A stretch of 64,000 nt of DNA from the NCBI RefSeq assembly GCF_009914755.1, contig NC_060926.1; one strand, given 5' to 3'. The notes beneath the pieces were generated by a model that was not told the origin of the DNA, searched no databases, and saw nothing but the letters and a program-made list of their open reading frames with translations. Positions within the stretch are counted from its first letter, which is position 1, and the number at the start of each line of letters is the position of its first letter. Below, piece by piece: positions 31,440 to 46,199 of this stretch. This DNA is from the human T2T-CHM13v2.0 reference genome, Homo sapiens. Made by a program: the position numbers and the translations under genes.

Positions 31440-31945
31440 CCACTCAACATTCAACAGATATTTATTGAGCATCTCCTAACGGCTGGCATTCTTCAAGGTG
31501 CTTGAATATATCCATAAACAACAGAGATAAGATCCCTGTCCTCATGAAGCTTACCTTTAGCTGTGGGAGACGATAAACAGTAAGGAAACAAATCTTGCAC
31601 TCTATCAGATTGCTATAGAATGTGCATAGGTTGGTGCCTGGGGGAGGCTCCATGAGGATGTGACCTTTGAGCAGGGACTCGAAGAAGGAGAAGAACTGAG
31701 CACAGAGATGTGTTGGGGAGAGCATTCCAGGCAGAGGCAACAGCTCATGCCAAGGCCCTGAGATAAGCCCGGGACTGTCCTGTTGGGGGCCAGCAGGGAG
31801 GTTTGTGTGGCTGCAGCTGAGGGAAGGACAGGGATATAAGGTGAGCACAGAGAGGTAAAGGCTTCAGTGATTCAGGCCAGGTAAAACCTTGAGACCTGCA
31901 GGGCTTTGGGTGGAGGAGTGATGGGCCCAACCTACCTTTGGAAGG
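31440..31945. mobile_element. L2 LINE fragment
   Basis: cattcaacagatatttattgagcatct...tccctgtcctcatgaagcttac...agcattccaggcagaggcaacagc...ggccctgag L2 3'-end motifs. Confidence 0.7.
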
Positions 31946-32639
31946 GCTTGTTATTTGAAACCCTGGTTGGTTTTCTCTGTCGTGTGTCTGGGTTTGTTGG
32001 CATCATCTCCTCTGGTCGGCTTCCATTTCAGCTGCTCTGTGGGATAGCTGCCTGGCTCCGTGCCCCACAGCCTGCGCTTTAAGACAGACCATTCTAACAT
32101 AGCCTCTCCATTTGGTGAAAACACGTTCAGGCATTTCACATGATTCAATGACAGAGAGAAACCGTTGGTTAGATACAGTCATCCATTTTGGCTCCGTTCA
32201 TGGGTCATGTGGATCTGTGTGGGACTGATCCATCTTCAAGGACCTGGTGACCCCACATTGGTGGGAACTGGTTGCTTGGGTCTGGCCCTGAGATTGTGCT
32301 CTGGCCCATGGACTAGTCATATTTGTTGGACCTCAAAGCCAGGGAGAGGAAATGAGGGCACCAGCCATTGGAGACAGAAGATGCCTGTGTCCAAAGGGAG
32401 CTGGGCCTTTGGAGCATGGAGGAGGAGCCTGTGGAGGGGGCTGCTGCCGGGGAACCCGAAATGAAGCCATGAAATTGCTTCATCTACATCTGTTTTACCA
32501 GAGAAGTGATAATCCTAATTATAGATAATTATAGAAATTCAGAAAAATATTGAACATTAAAATTTCACTATATTTCTACCAGCCAGAGATCAGTGATATC
32601 AATGAAATATTTTGGGATGTTTTCTTCCTTTATATCCGT

Positions 32640-33490
32640 GAGCTCTCAGGCACTCTCACCCTACTGTCCCTAGCCATCCACGCTCTCTTTCAGTCTCACT
32701 CACACCTACAACTCAAGCATGTGAGCACATCATCACACACTCACACCGGGGCTCACAAGTCCCTTGCCCACACACGCAGTCAGCTGCTCACTCTCCTGTT
32801 CTCATGCCTCTGCGCAGCCGCACTCACTCCTGCATGCTCCTCCATACACAAGTACTTACAACACACACTCTTGCTCACACACAGAACATGCACACTTGCA
32901 TTCACACACACAACTTGCATGCACACTAATGATCGTCCACACTTTCTCACTCGCACATTCACACAATCACTCTCGTGCAGTTCTCACCCTCACTCCCCTT
33001 GCTTGCCTTCACTCACACCCACACGCATGTTCACACTCCCTTGTACACTTACACAGATGCTGTCTCAGGACACTCCCCCTCACACGCACGCAGGCGCATT
33101 CACACCCGTCACTCATACACTCATTCACTGTCACAACCACCTCCGTTCACAGGCACACTCATTTCCATGCTCACGGACTCACATGCTTTCTCCTCTCATA
33201 CACTCAGGAGTGTGATATTTAAAGAATGTTTCATCAGCTCTTTTGCCTTTTTTGAAGTTCGAGTGGTCTTTTGCGTCTTTTGAATGACGTATTTTCCTCA
33301 CTAGCTCCTCCCGTCTCCCTGCTCGTCCGTTCTCTCTCCCACGCTGGGCGCGGTTCCATGCGCACCCTCCCAGGCTGCTCCCCGCTCTCACCCTCGCCCA
33401 GCCCATGCACGCGGACAGACACACTGGCTTCGTGGCACCCACATTCTCTCCCTCACTCTCACCACCCACACGCATCAAATGCACACTTTA
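32640..33490. repeat. Degenerate (CA)/(CACT)-rich low-complexity tract
   Basis: Dense cacac/ctcac/gcac motifs producing spurious His/Thr/Leu-rich ORFs. Confidence 0.85.
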
Positions 33491-35744
33491 AAAATCCAAG
33501 AGTGGAGCCCTGCAGTGTATGCCGTTTTAGACTCGGATGTTTTCACTCAGCCTTGGAATCCTCCCCGAGCCGTAAATGTTCTTCAGAAATAGACGCACTG
33601 TCCTTGGCTGACTGTTCTGCCGCCCTCCTCAGCGCAGGGCCCGTTCTGCCTCCTGGAGTGTTTGGGTGAGGTGGGCGGAGCATGGAGCCTGCTGGCCAGG
33701 GGGTGAATGCCCGGGAAGCCCGCTGCAGGAGACAGTGGTGGAAAAGGCCAACTGGCCGTCGGGGCATCCCTGGCCCCGGGCAGCTGACTGGCTGGAACAG
33801 GACACTGTCTGGGCTTTGGGGCGGGAGCCCTCCTCTGGGTGCGTTGATGAGACTTGTATTCCCTCCTTGCTGGTCCCACCCTTGCTGTCCACTGTGACAG
33901 GAAGCTGAGCCTTGAGCTTTGGCATGGAGAGTCACAACCTGTGATGTGAAGAGGGACATGTGTGGGGAGGCAGAGGGATGATAATGAATGTGATGGAGGA
34001 GAAAGCATTGCCACAGGAGGCTGAATGATAGTTGCCTAAGCACAGTGTGCATAAATAAAAGGGACAAGTGATTTTAAATGATTTATACTACCCTTCCCAA
34101 ACTGTTTATTGTTGAATCTCCCTAAAAACAAACAAAATGAGAGAAAGTTGCCAAACTCAGGACTCTATATTTAGTATTTACACCCCAGGAGATGCCTGGG
34201 CCTTGGACAAAGAACTGTTCTCATTCCCCTTTGGTGTGGTGGTGTTTTTATGAAAAATGTAAACTGTGATTACGGTTCAATCAGTAATGAAACCACTGAC
34301 AAGAAACAGAGAGAGTGCATGCAGGGTGGGCGCAGGTGTTAAGGAGCAGGGTATCTGGGCTGAGCTCCCTCCGGCAGGGCCTGGGACAGTGTGTCTGTAA
34401 CAGAGTGAGTGCTGCACCCCTGCCCCTGGGCTGGAAGGCAGCACAGCCTCAAACAGGTCCTGTGTGCACATTATTCATAATCACAGATCCATTTGGTTTC
34501 CTGCAGAAAGTAATTTACCTCATCCGAGGACACAATTGACTTCAGGTGCTTCTTATTTCAACACAGAATTGGACCCAGTAATAAGACCTTAAATTAACAG
34601 AGAACCTTTATTGCAAGAAACTTAGTGTTTCCGTAGCTTTATAGTCTGTTTCTTCCTTTTAGATGTGAGCGTGTGTGAGTTGCATCCCTTGAAATTCTGT
34701 GTTAAAGTAGGTCAATTTAGACAAAGTTTGCATGCAGAATTTAGCTCTCTCCTCTTCCTCTATAGGAAAATATTTTGCAAGGAACTGATCATATTTCCTA
34801 TGGTAAATACATGGAGACTTGAGCAGACAGAAATGTTTGATCTTCTGATCTTGTTAACAAAGATCACCAGATTTGGCTCAGGCTCTTGTCTCAGTAATCT
34901 AATTCCTAAGGTTTCATTTGTAGAAAATAATCCAAAATGAAGGGAAAAAATGCCCCCAAGATGACAGTGAAAGTTTTAACAACAACAATAAAAGGAAGCA
35001 ATACAATCCTAATGAAAAAATGGCTTTTATGTTATGAAATATGCATCAATAAATTCATACTAGTCATCTTTATTGGGCACTTAATATGTGCCAGAAAATG
35101 TTCTAAGAACATTATAAGGTTCATCTCATTTGATCTTGACAGCAATGATAAGGCAACCACTGTTTTTATTCTCATGTTACCAATAAGAAAACTGAGGCAC
35201 AGAAAGGTTAGATAACTTGCCCAGGGCCACCCAGGAGGAAAGTCCATGAAATGCCTCATCCGTAAGCTCAGTGACTTAAAACAAGCAAGTGTGTGGACTT
35301 GCGTCTGAAGCAGGTGTGGAGACAGGAAAAATGTGAGTCAGTTACGGTGAGATATTGTGGCTAACTTTTCATTTCAGCTTGTTGGTATTACATTGTAACA
35401 TTTACATAATAAAAAAAAGAAAAAAGGAATTCACCCTGATACAACATAGCCCAGTAGGAATTTTTGTGAGGAAACCTTTGAATTTTTGTGGGTGAGGAAA
35501 TGTGTGGTTCCACTGTGAGCAGATGGGCAGGCTTTGTTCTGGTTTACAATTTGTGGTCTGGGTTCTCAGGCTCTGCACCTCAAGGTGCTCCAGTAATGAC
35601 ACTAGGTCCAGGGGTGGGCATGGTCAGGGTGGGGGTGTCACAGGGAAGGGGGTGCACCAGCGGCGTCCATGGCAGGCTTGGGAAGTGTCGGGGGAATGAT
35701 CTGGTGCCAAATGTGTCATAAATTCAGTGAATTGCTGCACTTAA

Positions 35745-35924
<180 letters not shown>

Positions 35925-36540
35925 TAAGTCGGGGCTGGTTATGCTTAAAAATTAATTACTGCACACCAGAGAATGTTATTAAAAGAATGTGCTGGAGGCA
36001 AAAAATACTTGGTAACATTTTCCCATCTGATTTTTCCTTCTTGGTAAAAGGAAGTCAGAATACTTTCTCTGGCCTTCATTTCAAATGAACGCATATTTTT
36101 CTGGCCCCCACTGTGTGAGGGCAACTGCTCTTGACACAGAAACATTTAGAGCAGTCATTTCAGAAAGCATTGCCCAGAAGCCTGGAGAAGTCGGACAGAG
36201 AGAGCCTCTTATTTGTTTGTTAAAAGGCCATTAGGGGCTAGGTCAGAGTTTATAAAGCACGTCAACATCCAGTATTTTATTTGCTTTTCCCAGCAACCAT
36301 GTAAGTGGTGCTTAGTGTTCCTGTTTCTGCAGATGTGGAGATAGGCTCAGATGTTAAATAACTTACCCAATATTGCACTGGTGGGAAGAGCCAGAGATAG
36401 GTCTGGAACCCAGGCCTGCGGGGTCTCTGGATCTGAGCTTCTTCCATCCTCGTGCTACAGCAGCAGTCTGGAGACACTCCATAATGGTGACTCCCCCAAA
36501 CAGCTTGCAGAGGTTTAAGGAAGGAGTCTGTTTAAGAAAA

Positions 36541-36615
36541 GTGGGTGCATATGTGTGTAAATGTGTGTGCATATTTGAGTGTGTGTACGTGTGTGTGTGA
36601 ATGTGTGTCAGTGTG
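36541..36615. repeat. Degenerate (TG)n tract
   Basis: atgtgtgtaaatgtgtgtgcatatttgagtgtgtgtacgtgtgtgtgtgaatgtgtgt. Confidence 0.85.
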
Positions 36616-37374
36616 AAGGAGCCAAGGGAAAGAGGTCAAATGTCTTACAAAGATAGAGTCGGGTCTGAGAGGGAGAGGGTTAATAGTGTAGATGGATGTA
36701 TTAGATAGGCTTGCTAAGGAGGAGGGACACAAATTCCTAGAAGGGAGGAGTGGAGAAGTCAAGTTGGAAGGATCGGCAGGGAAATACATGCGGGTGGAAA
36801 GAAGTCACATTTGATGACTTGGGTCTTCTTGGTTTATGTGAAGGCTCAGTCCTTGGTGGGGAAGTAGGGAAGAGAATGGGAAACCCAAGGAGACTAGACA
36901 TGGTTCAGGCTGCCAAGGTAGGGGATGTGCTATGGAAGAGTAGAAGGATTGCTGAGCAGTGGTGTTGGTGTTGAGTTAGAAGCATGGGCTTGGCGTGGCC
37001 CCTGACAGCATGGTTTAAGTGAGTTTCGAATCCTGGAAATGAAAATAAAGAAGGCAGAAAATGATGGGCAATTTCAAGGCCTGCATGGCAATGGCTAGGC
37101 GATTAGGTAGTAAGCACAGACCAAAACACAAATGACCATGGGGGCCTGGCCCTGGCAGGAGAGTGAAGCCAGAGCAAAGGTGATGGACAGGGAGGCTAGA
37201 GAGGGGAGGGCACCTGGCCAGAGGTTATGACATGGACTGAAAAGGTTCAGTCCGAGGAAGGAGGTGGAAGCCATGACCATACATGGGAGGCTGTGGTCCT
37301 AGGGAGGGTTAGGAGCTTGAGATCAGACTTCCAGATTTCATGATAGAAAACTCCCTAGGAAAGCCCTGCTTTTA

Positions 37375-37575
37375 GACCAGTGTTTTTCTGCCGGTGGTTC
37401 TCTGGCCATCAGCCTCAGCATCACCTAGGAAACTGTTTAGATATGCAAATTCTCATACCCCACCCCAGGTCCACTGAATCAGAGACTAGGGATGGGGCGT
37501 GGCAATCTAAGTCTCAACAAACCCTCCCCTGGAGAGCCCAGTGCTAAGGCTCAAATTTGGGGAGCTCAGTTTTAG
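37375..37575. mobile_element. MER5A-like DNA transposon
   Basis: ccagtgttttt...agcatcacctaggaaactgtttagatatgcaaattctc...ccactgaatcagagact. Confidence 0.72.
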
Positions 37576-38170
37576 ACTGAAGAGCTGCAGGTTTGAGATG
37601 CTCATGTAGCCATTACCTTTGAGAAAAAGGATGATGATCTCTTCTATAATCAGACAGAGCAAACCTGCTTTTCCACCTTGGAACACTGGGATGTGTTAGG
37701 ACCTGTACTTTCCAATTTATCTGTGCCACTCGGCTTGCCAGGAGTGCAGTGTTTTGCCAATTTCAAGATCTGATAAATTTCAAGAATTTACCCAGCACCC
37801 GGATGCTATGATTAATTTGAGCCTGGTTCATTAATTAATTTTATAGATTTGGAAGCTGAAGGGACAAGCAGAGGCCATTAAGACTTCCCAGTGGGACCAT
37901 AGACACTTGCTTACAAGTTTGGTGACTTGTTGTCCCACCATGATGGCTGAAATCAAATTTAGGTCCTGGGTTTATGTTTTTGCAGTTGTTGTTTCTTAAT
38001 GAGTTTTGGAATGCTTTCTTTTGAAAAGAAGTCTCTATTTACTACATGAAAGGCAGATGTATATTTTACTGAAGATAAATCATCTACAACTTTCAAAAGC
38101 AGATTTGAAGGAGTTTTTTTTTTTTAGCTCTCTAAAAATTAGCTCCTCAAATCGCTTTTCATACTAATAA

Positions 38171-38614
<444 letters not shown>

Positions 38615-39329
38615 TGACTTCCCGTATATATAAAGGACTTTCTTTTATCAAAGCCAAATATAACGCATAGGGTTTGAGCTCTCTGGGGTTGGAGAGGGAA
38701 GTGTTCAGAGGCCTGTCTTTTCATCCTGCCTCCACCCCTGACTTTGGACACCATCTAGCCTCTGTGTCTCCCATGACACCTCTGAGGTACCTCTGTGGAC
38801 CTGAAAGTGGACACCACTGAGCTGGTTCAAGTCCTTTATTTTTACAGATGGGGAAACAGACTGGTGCCTTGCTTCATTGCACCGTGGGAGGACCGGGACT
38901 GGAACCAGCACCCTCTCTGCTCAGCTGCCCATTCCTAGCGATCTCAGATGCTCTCTCGGATGCCTGCGATGTGCTGGCATTTGTCTAGAGTGACAGAGAG
39001 TGATAACTGTGTCCAAACTCACCAGTGATTTCAGCAGGTCATTTGTCTTGGATACTTTCTTTTTAAATGTTGGTGTGTGCATGGCTGTTTTCCCTCTTTA
39101 GGAATTGGGATGTGATGGAAACGGCCCAAGTTTTTAGACCACATGGCCGAGGAGATGTCATTTCTCTTTGACTTGTTAAGTCTTCTTCAATATTACTGAT
39201 GATGGCATTTTTTCCCCAGAGAGAGGATGATAGATTCTAGATAGTTGAAGTCACTCAAACAAATTGTCGATGAGAAATACGAAAGCAGAAACTGTCAGGG
39301 AGCTTGAAATAGGGCTCTGAGATGCATTT

Positions 39330-39664
<335 letters not shown>

Positions 39665-40483
39665 TGAAATGCATTATCTTATTCATGGATTGAACGAGCA
39701 TTTATTAAAAATGTACTCTCTGCCAGGCACTAGAGCTGGTGCTAGGAGAACAAAGCAGGAGACCCAGCAGTAGCTCACTTTGGTGTAGCACTTTGTGATT
39801 TTCAAAACTCCCTCCATCCATCTGGGTCCCCTATTATGTAGTACACTTGTGTTATAGATGAGAAACTTGAGACTTGTGGTGGTCAAATGACTTACACCAA
39901 GTCAGATGGCCAGGACATAAAGAGCTGGCCCTTGAGCCCACTCCTACCTAGGGCTGGGCTGTTGCTTCTTCAATCAGCAAAAAGGCGCAGTCTCCTCCTC
40001 TTACCTTAGCCTCTGGATGTGTTGCAAAGCTGGGTCCAAACCCCATGCCAGTGTAAACAGCAGGTTCTGCATGGAAGGAAGCCCTCTGAGAGCTCAGGAA
40101 CATGCTTGTTTTTCACTGAGTCCTTTCAAACCGACTTTAAGTGTTTCAGCTTTCTCATGCTAATTTAGTATTCTCATATGTGGTCGATTTTCTCACACAA
40201 TCCCCCTTTCCTCTACACACACCCAAACAGAAGAGGAGGTAAATCCTGCCTCAGATGGAAAGTTTCTTGTGGTGGGAAATAGGTTTTAATTGTATCCCCA
40301 CCCCACCGTTCCTTGCACCCTGTGAATCACGTGTTCAGGAACCTGGACCCCACAGTCTGAGTTTTCCTTTCCTTTCTGTGGTTGTACGGAGTGCCAAGGA
40401 CAACCTAGCAGGGGCCACCTGTTCAGCAGCAGGGGCTGCTTCTGGCTGCTCTGGTTTGTGCAATGCTGCCTGCCTGGTAGTAA

Positions 40484-40792
<309 letters not shown>

Positions 40793-41908
40793 TAAAAGGT
40801 GAAGACAGCGCTGGCCCACTCTGGAACATCTGAAAGGCTGGGTTGGAGCCCGCAGGACGCAGCCCTCACCGCACCCTGTGCTCACCCTGTGGGAATGGGA
40901 ATGTCAGGCGCCCCCGTTATCCTACTCTGAGATATTCCAGCATACATCGTGGTCTCAAAACTTCTGAGCTGGGCAGAGAGAAGCCAGCCAAGGCTGTAGG
41001 CCTAGGTCTTGGGCTATAAATGGGTACACTCTTAGAAATACTGGAATAGGAGGATATTTCTCTGCAAGGTGTGAAGGGCCCTGTGTTCTGCACCCGGTGG
41101 GAGCATGAAGGAGCCCATATGTAGCCAGAGCCCCAGGGAAAGCCTCCAAGTGCAGGTTTGGAAATACCCCTGGAAGAGCCAGGCTGGCATCCATGACAGG
41201 GTGTGGCTACAGGCTGGCACAGAACCTGGGGAGGTCTGGAGTCTCAGCCTCTTCAAGACCTGTATGGATTTGGGCATTTTGCCCATGTAGGAAATGAGGG
41301 TGTAGCCAGAGTCCTGGTTCCCAGGATAGCCATAGGGACAAAAACAATTTAGGAATATTCTCTAAACAGCTTCTTCTCCTTTTTTTTTTTTTTAAATTGA
41401 AACATCTCCAATAACATGTAATTTATTTCCCATCAGATATTGCTGTGTAGATGTATTGCAAACCAGCAGTTTCACGTTTCTAGTTTTAAATCATACCTTA
41501 GAATAGTGGTTCATTGCATGTGTAGGATTTCATACCCTTTGAGAATCTATTAAAAGCTATGGACCCTCTCCCCAGAAAACAGCATCACAGGCAGAATTCT
41601 GCATCCAATTTCAGGGGCTACACAGATATCCTTGAAAGTCATGGGGAACCTACGATCCATTTCAGATGAAACTGAAAATCTTTTTTTCTAACTTTTCTTG
41701 GCCCAAATTAGAAATGAGCTAATTGATGTTTAAGTTCTTTCTGTCCCCTAAATATTTGGATGCCTTGGATTTGCTAAGTATACTGATAGTTTTCCCATTT
41801 TCAGAGAGATCTGGTGGTTGATAAGAATTGTACTGTTGGTAAGAATTGTGACTTTTAGTTGTCACAGGTGACCTGTAGATATCAGGGTTGCTGTTAAGAC
41901 TTTTCTAA

Positions 41909-42052
<144 letters not shown>

Positions 42053-43599
42053 ATACAAAGTGAGTCCCATGTCAAGGGTGGTTTCTCTATCTGGAGGCAG
42101 AGGCTTCTTGCCTTTCCAAAGCCCCTGCCTGGCAGTGGACCTTGAGTAGAGAGGAGTTCTGCTCTACTCCAGCACACACCCTGGGGGTTCCAGGTAAACA
42201 GAGACCCAGACCTGTCCTCACTTAGTCCAGAGCCCTGGGGTCTTCTAGCTGAGGCTGTCTGGGGCCCATGGGACCTGGAGCCAGGCCCGGCCTAATCCCC
42301 TCCAGGGGTAGGGGTGGTGAGTGATTCAGCCGAGCTTTGTTTTGCCTGTGGGACTCCCCTCTTTAATTGGCATCCCAAAGGGCATTACCTGTTTGTCAAC
42401 TGCTTTACCCACAGCAGACAGAAGTTGGGGGTTGCTTTAAGTCTCAGGAACAGAATATAAAGAAAGAGCCAGATAATAGAAAGTGATGTTTTTATGTTTA
42501 CTATCTGAACTCAACAAGTGGGGATTTTAAGAAGATATCTAGATGAGTCCAGGATGCTTTTTTCTTTGAGATGGTGGTCTGCAAGCTTCTCTACCCACAA
42601 CCCATGTGCACGACATTTCTCTCCCAGCAAAAAGAAAAGGAACGAGTGATATTCTTTCCAAAAGAGAAGAAGCAGAGAGCGAAAACTGTCATCCTGATGG
42701 AAATGGAGAAAAGAGGTTACTAGTTGGGCGGGCAGACAGATGACTAGGTGACCAGAAAACTTTGTTTAGATAAACTCTGACTTTGAACATGCAGATGGGA
42801 AGAGGTGGCTCTGAACATTGTCCTTGGACTCTAAGCCCTTGCTAGGGTAGCTGGCTCCCAAGGCAGGCAAGCATGCAAGGTGTGAAGCCTGGACCCCTCC
42901 TCATCCAGTCCTTTCTGCATCAAGGCAAGAAGGTGAGCAGGAGGGGCTGGAGCCATCACTCAGGGTCCCGGCATCGCCCAGGCATAGGCTAAAACTTCCA
43001 AGGGAAATGCTTTGGTAGTTGCCCCCACACAACTTTTACCTGTGCTGCCCCAGGCAGTGCCAACGAGCAGGCCAGGGGCTGGTCAGAGTAGTGGGAACAG
43101 GAGGGAAGGCGGAGGCAGCCCGCGGGCGGGCAGTGTGCCTGCCATCATCTGCCATCTTCTAGACAGGAAAATGGGAAATGGTCTTGGCGGTGGGCCACCC
43201 CATTCCTATCTAATCTCTGCTTCCAATCAGAAATAGAATGAAACTGGAAGTTAGAAAGTTGCTTTTGACTACATATTGTCAGTATCGAGGCTGATACCTG
43301 AAGGGAACTCTAAGATCCAGCTGGGCAGCTTAGAACAGAAAAGCCTGAAGCAGTGGTCATCGAACTTTGGTGGATGTGAGCATCCTTGAGCACCCAGAGG
43401 CCCAGGCTCCTTAGAAGAGGAAGGGCCTGGGCTTTGTTTGTCTTTTTAACCAAGTACTCCAGGTGATTCTGATATTCATCGAAGTTTGAAAACTCTCCAT
43501 GGTTTATACAGGATGGCGGTTTACGTCTGTCTTATGTAAGGGAAATTTGAAGGTGGTACATCAGTAGTTAAGAATCTCCACAGTGAAAACAGAAACCTA

Positions 43600-43945
43600 G
43601 CCTCTTAACTAGGTTAAGCACGTGCCTGCCTCCTGAACTCAAGGCCAGCTCAAGGTCACCAAATGACTTCAGTTTCAGCCATCATGCCTACATTCCAACT
43701 TTAGCAACCAGAGAGGAAGCAGAGAAGAGGCAAAAGCAGCCGTCCTGAATGAATCTCCTTTAAGTAGCCTTCCTGAAGCCCCATGCAATGCTGATGCCTC
43801 CCTTTCCCTGGACAGCACTGAGCCACATGGCCACATCTAGCTGGAAAAGGTAGTCTTTTAGCTGGGCACATCACTACCCCAAAGAAAGGTAATGCTTTTA
43901 GAGCAAGGACAGGGAGAGTGGATGTTGAGGTGGGCAGCTGGCATA
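43600..43945. mobile_element. MLT1-like (ERVL-MaLR) LTR remnant
   Basis: cagccatcatgcctacattcca...gagccacatggccacatctagctg...gtcttttagctgggcacat motifs. Confidence 0.55.
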
Positions 43946-44299
43946 CTGTGCATTATGGACCACCTAATATGCTGCAGCACTGGGCTAGATGTAATATAGG
44001 CATCACCTCATTTGATGAAAGCACACATAGAGGTGTATGTGTGTTTCCCAGCAAGGCCTTACTAAATATACTGGTCCAGGGATTCTGGGGTCCAGAGATT
44101 GTGCAGTGGGACAGTCACCTTCTTCATGGGTTCCAACAAAGGTCTGCCAGTCCCATATTTTATGTAGGCTCCAAACAACCAAATGCTGGCCATTCATCAC
44201 CAGTGTAGCCTCTTCTCATACAGAAGAGTGAAAATCAGTAGGTCTGGGGAGACTTTCAAGACCTTCGGAGTGAAAGAACCACCCTCACCCATTGTGGCA

Positions 44300-44740
<441 letters not shown>

Positions 44741-45281
44741 TGATGGTTTTATCTGAATTCAGAGCCTCCTTGACATACCTTCTCCACACAGCTTCAGACA
44801 CAGCTTCTGTAACTAGGTGCTTCTCTCACCAGGTTACAAAATAAACAGGCCCCCTCTTACAGCTCTCAGGATGGCAGTGTGGCTGAGGGGACTGGCATTG
44901 GACAAGGGACCTGGGTTCAGGTGTTAGGTCTTCCACTTCCTTCAAGTTACTTAAACTCAGGTCTGTTTCCTCATATATGAAATGGGGAAAATCTTTTATG
45001 TTGGTCATTGGCATTGACAGAAGGCTTAAATGAGGTCATGCTTCTAAGCCCATAACAATTGCTCAATAAAAATGTTAGCTGCTAGTATAGATGAGCACTG
45101 CAGAAGGTGGTAGTTGATACATGTTGGTTTATAGTGTCCTTTAATTCATATAGTTGTTACTAAATGGTTTTTAGTTCCTCTATAGCAATAAATCCTGGCG
45201 ACTGGATAGGGAAGGCCTATTTCTAACTGAGTATCCTAGTTGTTGCTATGAACTGACATAAGGGCTTTTAAAGATAATATT

Positions 45282-45568
45282 GGCCGGGCATGGCGGGTCA
45301 TGCCTGTAATCCCAGCACTTTGGGAAGCTGAGGTGGGCAGATCACTTTAGGTCAGGAGTTCAAGACCAGCCTGGCCAACATGGTGAAACATCCTTCCCTA
45401 CTAAAAATAGAAAAATTAGCTGGGCGTAGACATGCACACCTGTAACCCTAGCTACTTGGGAGGTTGAAGTGGAGAATTGCTTGAACCCAGGAGGCAGAGG
45501 TTGCAGTGAGCCGAGATTGTGCCACTGCACTCCAGCCTAGGTGACAAAGTGAGAGCCTATCTAAAAAA
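45282..45568 (+). mobile_element. Alu (AluS-like), sense
   Basis: ggccgggcatggcgggtcatgcctgtaatcccagcactttggg... Confidence 0.93.
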
Positions 45569-46199
45569 CATATATATATAATTTACTTATCTACAAGCTA
45601 TGACTATTTTTAAGAAATGACTGGGCATTTGTCAGTGGAGATTAAAAAGGGGTAGTAATCAACAGATTCAGGAATTGCAATTGAAAAGTAAAGAAATGCT
45701 AAATCCTTTTTGAAAAGTAATTGAAAATATGGAATTCATTGCTTAGATGAGAGCAAAGCCTTTTTGAGACAGTCTTTCCTGACCTTTGGGATTTTCATTC
45801 TGAAGTATCTCTTCCCTGGGTAGAAATGATCTCAATTGTGTCTTCCCAGCCCTCCTGTGGAGTCAAAGCACATATTCTTACAGCTGGATATCTTTGGAAT
45901 TTCCTTCTGCTTCATTTCAGGGTTCAAGAATTATAGCCATAATGAGTATTTTGGTTTATTCTCAAGGTTTCAGAGCCTATGAAGATGCCAATATACAAAA
46001 ATCAAAAGAACCCAGGATAATGCTGGCTTTGATCTTATCTGGTTCAAATCCACAGGGGGCTGCCTCAGGAGGAGATGATCTTTTTCAAACCCCAGAGCTA
46101 CATATGGGGCAGTGCAGTGCAACCATGTGACATTGGGCAAGTTACTTGATTTCTGTCAGCTTTAGGTTTCCTACCGGCTAAGTGGGATCAGGCATTGAG

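Noticed and set aside
32550-33283. Longest ORFs (221, 152 and 102 aa; His/Thr/Leu-rich)
   Set aside because: By-product of CA-rich low-complexity sequence that lacks stop codons; no domain features; open in several frames.
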